Shown piece after piece: positions 1-7,401 of a stretch of DNA of 12,864 nt (positions within the stretch are counted from its first letter, which is position 1; every line of letters begins with the position of its first letter). The position numbers and the translations under genes were made by a program. The DNA comes from Opitutus sp. GAS368 (lineage in GTDB: Bacteria; Verrucomicrobiota; Verrucomicrobiia; Opitutales; Opitutaceae). The DNA lies in NCBI GenBank assembly GCA_945861645.1, contig CAMAVZ010000047.1, positions 1-12,864 of the forward strand, written 5' to 3'. The notes under the pieces are model-generated. The model saw only the letters and a program-made list of their open reading frames with translations. It ran no database searches and was not told the DNA's origin.

Positions 1-149
1 TGCAGACCCTACTCTTCGATTTGGTCCTTTGTTTTTATATCTTAATGGTAGCGCACATCACCCGGCGGTGAGCGGTTGGGGGTGGAACATCACCGCTCTG
101 CAGTAGCCAATCGCAACCCGACAAGCCCCCGTTGCTACCCCTTCGAGCA

Positions 150-399
150 CTTTATATTATCGCAAAATAAAAAATATAATTAGACGAAAAAAGAGCCTGC
201 CCCGAATATATTAATTTAAGATCTAATATACAAAGTACTGATAGTAAATTTATTACACCCTATTTCTTATTGCGTATAAGACTAATGTTACTGCCTAGCA
301 TTAATCGGGTGATATTATATTTGAACGCCTGCCCGCCCAGAGCGTCGAAATAGAGTATTAAGCGCTTTTGCTTAACATACCCCAACCCCCAATAATAAC
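150..399 (+). promoter_or_regulatory. AT-rich upstream/promoter region of the small membrane protein gene
   Basis: Much more AT-rich than the flanking CDSs. Contains TATAAT at 175-180 and inverted repeats CTTAT-N5-ATAAG (266-280) and TTAAGC-N6-GCTTAA (358-375). The exact promoter cannot be placed. Confidence 0.45.
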
Positions 400-627
400 A
401 TGATGATTATCGATACGATTATTGCTATGTGTCGGAAGATTACGGAACTCGGTATAGCTTTGCTCGCCGTTGCTGTTGTGCTCCAGATAGTAACTGGTAA
501 AGCGGTTCCCTTCATCGGTGGTGATGTAATCGCGAACGTAACTGGTATCGTGAGCAGCTTAGGGAATAATGGCTTGATCGGCTTGATTGCCGCCGTCATA
601 CTCTACGGGGTTGTTAATAAGAAATAA
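400..627 (+). CDS. Small hydrophobic (membrane) protein of unknown function, 75 aa
   Basis: ORF with hydrophobic segments LGIALLAVAVVLQIV and GLIGLIAAVILYGVV and a basic C-terminus (NKK). It follows an AT-rich region and is followed directly by a perfect terminator. The start could be ATG 400 or ATG 403. Confidence 0.85.
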   Translation: MMIIDTIIAMCRKITELGIALLAVAVVLQIVTGKAVPFIGGDVIANVTGIVSSLGNNGLIGLIAAVILYGVVNKK

Positions 628-652
628 CCATCGCCTCAAGCGCATGACCTTC

Positions 653-689
653 AAGCCACCGGCCTTTCGGCCGGTGGCTTTTTCTTGTT
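653..689 (+). terminator. Rho-independent terminator
   Basis: Perfect 12-bp stem AAGCCACCGGCC (653-664) / GGCCGGTGGCTT (669-680) with a TTTC loop, followed by TTTCTTGTT, 25 nt after the stop codon. Confidence 0.92.
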
Positions 690-779
690 CGGAAAAGTTA
701 CGGCCCCCCTGAGACGCTCGATCGACCCAGCCTAGCCTGAGGCTCCCGTCATCCTGCGCATTTTTGAGCCACCGCGCCT

Positions 780-1730
780 ATGCCTACTCACCGTCCATTA
801 GGAAAAACCGGCCTAGCCATCGCCCCGCTCGGGCTCGGTGGCCATGTTTTTGGGTGGACGGTTGATGAAGCCACCTCGTGGGCGATTCTCGATCGTTTCG
901 TCGACGAGGGCTTTAACCTCATCGACACGGCAGACATCTACGGCCGTTTCTGGATGGGCGTGCCCGGACTTTCAGAGAGCATCATTGGCCGCTGGCTAAA
1001 ACGCAGTGGCCGCCGTTCCTCCGTACTCCTCGCGACCAAGGTGGGCGGCCTGATGGGTCCGGCCCAATCGGGCCTTTCCGCCAAACATATTTTGGCCTCG
1101 GTCGAGGGCTCACTGCAGCGCCTAGGGGTCGAGCAGATCGATCTCTATCAATCGCACCTCGATGATACCGCTATCCCACTGGAAGAAACCTTGACCGCTT
1201 ATGCCGCCCTGTTGCGCGCCGGCAAAATTCGCGCGATCGGCACCTCGAACTTCACTGCCCCGCGTTTGGCCCGCGCCTTACGATTAAGCTCAACTGAACA
1301 ACTGCCGCGCTACCAGACGCTCCAGCCCAAATATAATCTCTGTGAACGCACTGAATTCGAAGGCTCGCTCGCGGCCCTCTGCCAGCAGGAGCAGCTCGGG
1401 GTCATCTGCTACGGTTCACTCGCCAGTGGTTTTCTCACCGGGAAATATCGTGCCGACGCCACGCTCGCGCCAAGTAAACGCCGTCCGGAGGTAGAAAAAT
1501 TCCTCAATTCCCGCGGCTTTCGCATTATCGCGGTATTGCTGGATTTGGCTGCGCGTTATGAAGCAACGCCCGCGCAAATTGCCGTAGCTTGGCTGCTGAC
1601 CCGCCCCGGTCTCACCGCACCGATCACCAGTGCAACGAGCGTCGATCAGCTGATGAATTTACTCGCCGCTACCCGGCTTCATTTAGATCCAGCGGCCCTC
1701 GCGGAATTAGATAGAGCCAGCGCGCCCTAA
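780..1730 (+). CDS. Aldo/keto reductase (aryl-alcohol dehydrogenase/Tas-like), 316 aa
   Basis: N-terminal RPLGKTGL..LGLG. Catalytic tetrad motifs DTADIY (Asp, Tyr), ATKV (Lys) and IDLYQSH (His). Also SLQRLG, GKIRAIGTSN, QPKYNL, LASGFLTGKY and TPAQIAVAWLL. Confidence 0.95.
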   Translation: MPTHRPLGKTGLAIAPLGLGGHVFGWTVDEATSWAILDRFVDEGFNLIDTADIYGRFWMGVPGLSESIIGRWLKRSGRRSSVLLATKVGGLMGPAQSGLSAKHILASVEGSLQRLGVEQIDLYQSHLDDTAIPLEETLTAYAALLRAGKIRAIGTSNFTAPRLARALRLSSTEQLPRYQTLQPKYNLCERTEFEGSLAALCQQEQLGVICYGSLASGFLTGKYRADATLAPSKRRPEVEKFLNSRGFRIIAVLLDLAARYEATPAQIAVAWLLTRPGLTAPITSATSVDQLMNLLAATRLHLDPAALAELDRASAP

Positions 1731-1752
1731 AGCTGGATCAGCCACTCCGGCT
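1731..1752. terminator. Weak hairpin between convergent genes
   Basis: AGCTGGA (1731-1737) pairs with TCCGGCT (1746-1752) with one G-U pair, in the 32-nt gap between two stop codons. There is no U-tract. Confidence 0.3.
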
Positions 1753-1762
1753 CCGAACCGAG

Positions 1763-1858
1763 TTACTCGACCAAGCGAGCCCGCGATTTCCGGCGTAGGC
1801 TCAGCAGCACGCTACTCAAGCCCAGTGACAACAGCACCCACGTCGTTGGTTCAGGCAC
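1763..1858 (-). other. PEP-CTERM exosortase sorting domain
   Basis: VPEP (1847-1858), then a hydrophobic helix, then the basic cluster RRKSRAR. Confidence 0.92.
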
Positions 1859-4834
1859 TGGGGTGAAATTCAGATAAAGATCGTTGCCGGTTTGCGAAAC
1901 AAAGAAGTGTCCAACATCGAGGCTATTGGCAAAATTGCTCACATTATATTTGAACGCCCCAGCGGAGAAGCCGGTGATCCCAGTGGTCGTAGTCACAAAT
2001 TTCCAACTGTAGTCGTTAGCGGAATTAAAATTGGCAAGCATCCCTTTCGCATTGTCAGCGGTCAGGGAGACGAGATCGAGCACGAAAGGCGTGTTCACCG
2101 TGGCGCTGATCGTGAGGCCCCCACTAATGCTGAGCAGATCCCAATTAGTGCCCGGAGCGCCAACGGTGTTGTTAATTTCAAAAACATAGCGACCGCCGCT
2201 TGCGAAGGTCGTCCCGCCGCCCACTTGCAGTTGGCCGGGGCTCGCTCCCGGTGAAACCGAACCACCCCCATTGATGATGAGCGCACCACTGATCAGGCCG
2301 GTACCGCCAAAAGTAGTGCCGTCGTTCACCACGACTGCGCCACTCCCGGTTGCGGAACCAGTGCTATTGGTCACGAGTAGCTTGCCGTAACCAATGGTCG
2401 TACCGCCCGTATAGGTGCTGGCGCCGGTCAGGGTGAGCGTGCCGGAATTCCATTTGTACAGCCCCCCAGAACCCGAGATCACTCCGCCATACGTAAGCGT
2501 GGTGCCATAGTTGGGGCTAAAGCCACCATCAGTAGACCCCGAAGCGAGTACAACGCTCCGTGTGGAGGCGAGCGTCATATTGGCGGTCGTTAGGAGCACT
2601 TCGTTGTTAAATGTAAGCGATCCACTGGTGGCGCCGAGATTACTATCGCTGCTCACAGAGACGGGGCCGTTCAATGTTAAGCCCCCGGAAAAGGTGTTGT
2701 TGCCGGTCAGAGTAAGTATGCCTGTGTTGATCCCCTTGATCACAGCGCCGGTCCCAGAAATAATGCCGGCATACGTGCCATCCACACTATTATTAACAAC
2801 GAGGGAGGCATTATTAACTACATTCCCCAGAACGGTGCTGTTGTATAACTCGAGCGTGCCGGCGCTGATCGTCGTACCGCCGGTGTAAGTGTTGGTGCCC
2901 TCAAGGGCGAGCCAGCCGGCCCCCGTTTTAGTCAGACTGTAGCCCGAACCAGCAAGGGCAGAATTAATCACGAGTTCAGCGGTAGATGCTGAACTAGAAT
3001 CACCAATGTTAAACACCCGATTACCTCCGAGATTAAGCGTACCAGTCGTACCATAAATCCCAGCGAGCAAGGGATTGTTGGTCGCATCATAAGTAACGTC
3101 GCCGCCAAGGGTGAGCGTTGAATCGGCGCCATTGAGGAACACCCGATTCGTCGAGGTGCTCGTGGCATTCGAACCACCAAAAGTAAGCGTGCCAATCGTC
3201 TGAGTGGCCCCAGCCCCTACGATAAAATCACCATAGCCGCCAGGCGTCGTCGTGTTCACGGTCACATTGCCGCCCGAAGGGAGCACATTATTCGTGCTGG
3301 CGCCGGTGAATAATTCACCGCCATTGATGATGGTACCACCACTATAGGTGTTAGCCCCCGTCAGATACAATCGCCCCGCACCGGTCTTCGTGAGGCTGTA
3401 ACCCGCGCCCGTGATGGGGGCTTCTATATTAAGCTCCGAATTCGTCCCAGTCGAATTACCAATATCGAAAATACGATTGCCGCCAAGGGCAAGCGCACCA
3501 GCGCCGGAAATTTGAGCCCCGTAAGGATTGTTAGTGGCAAGATAAGTGACGGTGCCGCCAAGGGTGAGAGTCGAACCGGCTGAATTTAGGACCACGTAAT
3601 TGGTAGAGGTGGCAGTGGCAGTCGATCCGCCAAAAGTAAGCGTGCCAATCGTCTGAGTGGCCCCCGCCCCGATAATAAATTTACCAATGTCACCAGGTAT
3701 CGTCGTATTCACGGTTACATTTCCGCCCGAGGGGAGCACATTATTTGAGCTGGCGCCGGTGAATAATTCACCGCCATTGATGATGGTACCACCACTATAG
3801 GTGTTAGCCCCCGTCAGATACAATCGCCCCGCACCGGTCTTCGTGAGGCTGTAACCCGCGCCCGTGATGGGGGCTGCTATATTAAGCTCCGAATTCGTCC
3901 CAGTCGAATTACCAATAGCGAAAATACGATTGCCGCCGAGGGCAAGCGTACCGGCGCCGTTGACGTAGGCCTCGATAGGATTGTTGGTCGCAAGATAAGT
4001 GACGGTGCCGCCGAGGGTGAGGGTCGAACCGGTATTAAGGGAAATTGAGTTATTTTGGGTAGTTATCGCATCCGCTCCGCCATAAGTGAGCGCGCCGATG
4101 GTCTGAGCAAAACCAGCAGCGAGGATCAAGCCAGCCGGAGCCGCCGAGGTATTTGCGTTGATGTAAACGCTGCCGGAGGCGGCAAGTGCATTACTCGCGG
4201 CGATCAATATATCACCGGCATTGCTGATCGTCCCGCCGGTGTAGGTATTCGCTCCCTTAAGCGAGAGTTGCCCACCCCCTTTTTGCACGACCTGGCCGGT
4301 GCCGGAAATATTACTGCCGAACGTGATATTATCCGAGCGAGCGAAAGTTAGCGTAGCGCCATTATCCACATTCCCGTCGATCGAACCAGTGGTGCCCATA
4401 TTGCCTACTTGGAGTGTGCCGCCGGAGTTGATGAACGTGCCGCCGGTGTAGGTGTTAGCACCGGTAAGCGTGAGCGTGCCTGTACCTGCTTTGGTTAAAC
4501 TACCGGCACCACTGAGCACCCCCGCGTAAATTGTAGAGGCATTGTTATCTCCCACTTTCAAACCGATCGCCGCCGATGCGGTATTTTGCAGGCTGATATT
4601 ATAGCCAGTGCCTGTCTGTGCCGCGGCCAAACCGCCAAAAGTAAAAAGATTACTCTTTTCGGCACTGGCAAAGGTAAGAGTGCCTCCAGCCATCGTCACG
4701 GTATCGGTTGCAAGGTAAGAGGTCGTCGGTACCTCCAGCGCCGCGGTGACAGTAATCTGAGCATATGACGAATTCGCCAGCGCTAGGGCTAGCGCAACTA
4801 TCAACCGAAGCCGATGATATGAAGGGAGAGGCAT
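1763..4834 (-). CDS. Secreted autotransporter-associated beta-strand repeat (PATR) protein with C-terminal PEP-CTERM sorting signal, 1023 aa
   Basis: Signal peptide (RLRLIVALALALANSSYA|Q). Many L(T/Y)KxGxGxLxLxGxN(T)Y(T/S)GGT repeats and a Gly/Thr/Asn/Ser-rich composition. Ends in VPEPTTWVLLSLGLSSVLLSLRRKSR with no beta-barrel translocator. Confidence 0.93.
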   Translation of the reverse strand: MPLPSYHRLRLIVALALALANSSYAQITVTAALEVPTTSYLATDTVTMAGGTLTFASAEKSNLFTFGGLAAAQTGTGYNISLQNTASAAIGLKVGDNNASTIYAGVLSGAGSLTKAGTGTLTLTGANTYTGGTFINSGGTLQVGNMGTTGSIDGNVDNGATLTFARSDNITFGSNISGTGQVVQKGGGQLSLKGANTYTGGTISNAGDILIAASNALAASGSVYINANTSAAPAGLILAAGFAQTIGALTYGGADAITTQNNSISLNTGSTLTLGGTVTYLATNNPIEAYVNGAGTLALGGNRIFAIGNSTGTNSELNIAAPITGAGYSLTKTGAGRLYLTGANTYSGGTIINGGELFTGASSNNVLPSGGNVTVNTTIPGDIGKFIIGAGATQTIGTLTFGGSTATATSTNYVVLNSAGSTLTLGGTVTYLATNNPYGAQISGAGALALGGNRIFDIGNSTGTNSELNIEAPITGAGYSLTKTGAGRLYLTGANTYSGGTIINGGELFTGASTNNVLPSGGNVTVNTTTPGGYGDFIVGAGATQTIGTLTFGGSNATSTSTNRVFLNGADSTLTLGGDVTYDATNNPLLAGIYGTTGTLNLGGNRVFNIGDSSSASTAELVINSALAGSGYSLTKTGAGWLALEGTNTYTGGTTISAGTLELYNSTVLGNVVNNASLVVNNSVDGTYAGIISGTGAVIKGINTGILTLTGNNTFSGGLTLNGPVSVSSDSNLGATSGSLTFNNEVLLTTANMTLASTRSVVLASGSTDGGFSPNYGTTLTYGGVISGSGGLYKWNSGTLTLTGASTYTGGTTIGYGKLLVTNSTGSATGSGAVVVNDGTTFGGTGLISGALIINGGGSVSPGASPGQLQVGGGTTFASGGRYVFEINNTVGAPGTNWDLLSISGGLTISATVNTPFVLDLVSLTADNAKGMLANFNSANDYSWKFVTTTTGITGFSAGAFKYNVSNFANSLDVGHFFVSQTGNDLYLNFTPVPEPTTWVLLSLGLSSVLLSLRRKSRARLVE
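2918..4273 (-). repeat. Three tandem intragenic repeat units of 148, 151 and 153 aa (3830-4273, 3377-3829, 2918-3376)
   Basis: Each unit has the pattern GxLxLxGANTYxGGT...QTIGxLTxGG...STLTLGGxVTYxATNNP...LxLGGNRxFxIG...GxGYSLTKTGA. At DNA level the period is 453 bp, and 3296-3495 vs 3749-3948 differ at only 3 of 200 positions. Confidence 0.93.
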
Positions 4835-4880
4835 GAGCTACATTGGCCCCACTTGTTTGACCTAAGCGCAGGCCAAGACA

Positions 4881-4900
4881 ACGCAAATCTTATTCAATAA
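4881..4900. promoter_or_regulatory. Possible Fur-family-like operator upstream of the PEP-CTERM gene
   Basis: ACGCAAATCTTATTCAATAA, a degenerate 7-1-7 site (CGCAAAT-C-TTATTCA) about 47-66 nt upstream of the minus-strand ATG at 4834. Only a partial match to the TGATAATnATTATCA consensus. Confidence 0.3.
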
Positions 4901-4914
4901 TCACAATCTTTACT

Positions 4915-5181
4915 CACCCCGCGGTTATCCGAGAAAATGATCAAACGCAGCTTTCGGCCAGCCATTTTCGCGCCCTCTTCCGCGGGCAAACCGCGGGCGC
5001 GTGGCTCCGCGAGCGCCGCCTGAATGGAGCGCGCCGCCTCCTTACCGCGACGGATCATTCACGCAAAGAAATGAGTGCACTAACCGGTTGCGGCGATATT
5101 GTTAGCTTCAACCGATCCTTTCGGCAATTTCACGGCCTACCACCTAGAAAATTTCGTCAAGCCAACCCGCGGCCAGTCTGA
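4915..5181 (+). pseudogene. AraC/XylS-family transcriptional regulator remnant (C-terminal double HTH only, no canonical start codon)
   Basis: Manual translation of the + frame open from 4861 to TGA 5179-5181 gives HPAVIRENDQTQLSASHFRALFRGQTAGAWLRERRLNGARRLLTATDHSRKEMSALTGCGDIVSFNRSFRQFHGLPPRKFRQANPRPV*. This fits the AraC pattern LSxSHFxxLF..G....RLxxARxLL..TD.S..EIA...GF.D...FxRxFR...GxxPxxFR. There is no in-frame ATG/GTG/TTG before 5071. Confidence 0.8.
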
Positions 5182-5292
5182 ACCACCGCCCGCCCCCACC
5201 CAATTATCCTGCAGGGCAAAAAGCTTCAAAAAATATTTCGCCGCATCCACTATCGCGGCTGAGTCGTACCTTACCATCCTCCCTCCCTCTTC

Positions 5293-6213
5293 ATGCTACT
5301 CAATTGTTTAACTTACCGTAAGCTGCCGTTTATCGCCCTAACGCTTAGCGCTAACCTTACACTTTTCGCGCAACCCCGCGACCCGGCCCCAGCGCGGGGC
5401 CGTCCAGCGGATGCCCTGATCTCGCTGAAACTAGAGGCCGCTTTGACCGGTCATACTCCACTTAGGGTCGGCGGATTTTCTGTCGTACAGACCAGCGCTA
5501 ACTTATCCCTGCCGCTGCCGCCGATCGGGGTCGGCACCTATCTCATCGCGGGGCTCAACTATCAGCAGCACGCCCTCACGCTCGATTCATCCACGCCTCT
5601 CCCAGCTCAATTGCAGAGCCTCAAGGCCAGCCTGACGGTGGTCCGCATCATGGACCCCGCTTGGACTTTCATTGGCAACGTCAGCCCGGGGTTACATAAT
5701 GCCGGCACTCGCTTCACCTCGCGCGGCTTCGGCGTCGGTACGCTGGCCATCGCCAATCGCAAATTTAGCAGTGATTTTAGCGCCGGCTTTGGAGCCGTTT
5801 ATAATTCGCTGTCACGCGATCACGGCCGCGTCCTCCCCGTCGCCAGTTTTGAGTGGCAGGCCTCGCCCGAGTGGAAAATATTTTTGGGCTTTCCGCGCAC
5901 CGGAGCGAGTTGGCAGATGACCGACAAGCTCGCCGTCGAATTTATCGCAGAAGCGGATTTCGGAACCTATTACGTCACCGCTGATCCCCAGCCCAGTCTA
6001 ACGAAGAAGCCGGCGCTCAACCGCACCCGCCTCGATTATCAAGCGCTTCGGCTCGGGGCCGCCGCGGCCTGGCGCTTCAGCCCTCAGACCAGCCTGCGGG
6101 CAACCCTGGGCGCCGTGCCCCTGCTCAAAGCCGATTACCATCAACGGAACTACGAGCTCAAATCCGAGCGCGCCGCGCCTTTTTTCAGCCTCGCCCTCGA
6201 GCAGAGATTCTAA
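5293..6213 (+). CDS. Outer-membrane beta-barrel protein (DUF6268-like), 306 aa
   Basis: Signal-peptide-like N-terminus (LPFIALTLSANLTLFA|Q) and amphipathic beta-strands (FSAGFGAVY, LPVASFEWQ, WKIFLGFPRTGASW). The C-terminal LALEQRF ends in Phe, like a BAM signal. The DUF assignment is from recollection of the motif pattern. Confidence 0.8.
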   Translation: MLLNCLTYRKLPFIALTLSANLTLFAQPRDPAPARGRPADALISLKLEAALTGHTPLRVGGFSVVQTSANLSLPLPPIGVGTYLIAGLNYQQHALTLDSSTPLPAQLQSLKASLTVVRIMDPAWTFIGNVSPGLHNAGTRFTSRGFGVGTLAIANRKFSSDFSAGFGAVYNSLSRDHGRVLPVASFEWQASPEWKIFLGFPRTGASWQMTDKLAVEFIAEADFGTYYVTADPQPSLTKKPALNRTRLDYQALRLGAAAAWRFSPQTSLRATLGAVPLLKADYHQRNYELKSERAAPFFSLALEQRF

Positions 6214-6318
6214 AAAAGCGACGCCTCTTCCTGCGGGCGCAATATTTTATCTAAAGCCGTGAGCGGACGGCGCGGCGATTTCTTGCCTTGAAGCACAGGC
6301 TCGCCAAGCTCCGCCGCA

Positions 6319-7326
6319 ATGTCAGTCGAGTCCCCTCCGCCTGAGTCAGCCTCGTCCCCCTCTGCCGCGCGCAACGCGAAAGGGGAATGGCGCCCGCCCT
6401 ACCCCATTCGCTACGCACCGCTCTTCGTTTGGCCGTTGCGCCTCGCCGCCGTCGGACGCTGGTTGGTGAGCTACCCAGGATTTCTCTGGCCCATCAATGT
6501 CCTCCTGCTCGCGATCTCGGCCGTTTCGTGGTTCCTCACGCAACCAGATCTCGCCCGCTGTACGCAATTTTCTGCCGACTGGATCGGTCAGATTTATGCC
6601 AGAAATCTGGTCCTCATGTGGCTCTACTATGGTGGCTACTACCTGCATCTTTACATGCTCAAACGCGAAGGCATGCAGGGAAAATATGATGCTAACTGGC
6701 CGGCCCGGAACAGCCGCCTCTTTCTTTTCCGCGACCAAGTGTACGATAATATTTTTTGGACCTGCGGCGTGGCCGGCCTCATTTGGACCGCTTACGAAGT
6801 CGGCACCCTCTGGCTCTACGCTAATCACCACTTCCCTGGTCTGGAATGGAGCCGCCACCCCGGTTATTTTATGCTCTGGCTTTTCTTCATCCCCTTCTGG
6901 CGCGAATTTCATTTTTACTGGGTGCATCGCCTCATTCACTGGCAGCCGCTCTACCGCTATGTGCATTATCTCCATCATAAAAATATTAATCCTAATCCCT
7001 GGTCGGGCATGGCCATGCATCCCGTGGAGACCATTCTTTATCTGAGCGTCGTACTTATTCACTGGGTGGTACCGTCGCATCCGTTTCATTTTCTATTCAA
7101 TCTGCAACACGCCGCGCTGGGGCCGGCCGGGGGCCATCACGGCTTCGAAGGTCCAATCCTAAACGGCAAACTGCCCACGGGGTCTTATTTTCATTATCTT
7201 CATCATCGGTACTTCGAGTGCAATTACGGTGAAAGCACGATTCCCTTTGACCGCTGGTTCGGCACCTTCCGCGACGGTCTCCCCGACGGCGAAGGCGCCA
7301 AACTGACGGAAGAACAGCGCGACTGA
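6319..7326 (+). CDS. Sterol desaturase / fatty acid hydroxylase family membrane di-iron enzyme, 335 aa
   Basis: His boxes HFYWVHRLIH, HYLHH, HP(V)E, GHHGF and HYLHH followed by ECNYG..PFDRWFGTF. Several Trp/Phe-rich transmembrane segments. Confidence 0.93.
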   Translation: MSVESPPPESASSPSAARNAKGEWRPPYPIRYAPLFVWPLRLAAVGRWLVSYPGFLWPINVLLLAISAVSWFLTQPDLARCTQFSADWIGQIYARNLVLMWLYYGGYYLHLYMLKREGMQGKYDANWPARNSRLFLFRDQVYDNIFWTCGVAGLIWTAYEVGTLWLYANHHFPGLEWSRHPGYFMLWLFFIPFWREFHFYWVHRLIHWQPLYRYVHYLHHKNINPNPWSGMAMHPVETILYLSVVLIHWVVPSHPFHFLFNLQHAALGPAGGHHGFEGPILNGKLPTGSYFHYLHHRYFECNYGESTIPFDRWFGTFRDGLPDGEGAKLTEEQRD

Positions 7327-7401
7327 ACGCCGCCGTCGGCTAATAAATTCTGCGACTAGCTGCAGCCCAAAAAAAACCGCAGGGCAAGACCCAATCCACT
7401 C

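Noticed and set aside
1..106. Possible 3' end of an upstream gene (+ frames ending at 45, 71 or 106)
   Set aside because: Too short to assign, with no recognisable motif in any frame.
3304..3320. Palindrome CGGTGAA-TAA-TTCACCG (also at 3757-3773)
   Set aside because: It lies inside the CDS encoding GELFT and is duplicated only because of the protein repeat. No evidence for a separate function.
3296..3948. Near-identical repeat pair as a diversity-generating retroelement TR/VR
   Set aside because: Both copies are in-frame parts of one CDS at a 453-bp period, there are only three mismatches in the conserved block, and no reverse transcriptase is present in the window.
1763..4834. Classical type V autotransporter
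   Set aside because: It has passenger-type repeats but ends in a PEP-CTERM anchor, not a beta-barrel.
4914..4942. Loose similarity TCACCC..GCGG..TCCGAG..ATGATC to 12264-12298 upstream of BLUF
   Set aside because: The alignment needs several gaps and is compatible with chance in GC-rich DNA.
4975..5040. GC-rich hairpins with GGGCAAACC resembling a c-di-GMP-I riboswitch
   Set aside because: The GNRA loop, GACGCAAAGC and second-stem elements are missing, and the sequence is better explained as AraC coding remnant.
5099..5311. 70-aa ORF from the ORF track
   Set aside because: No recognisable motifs. It overlaps the AraC remnant in another frame and the start of the barrel gene.
6346..7089. 247-aa antisense ORF, plus other shadow ORFs (e.g. 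372-599, 1892-2254, 6497-7045, 10574-11068, 11383-11721)
   Set aside because: They overlap well-supported genes, show no family motifs, and are expected in GC-rich coding DNA.
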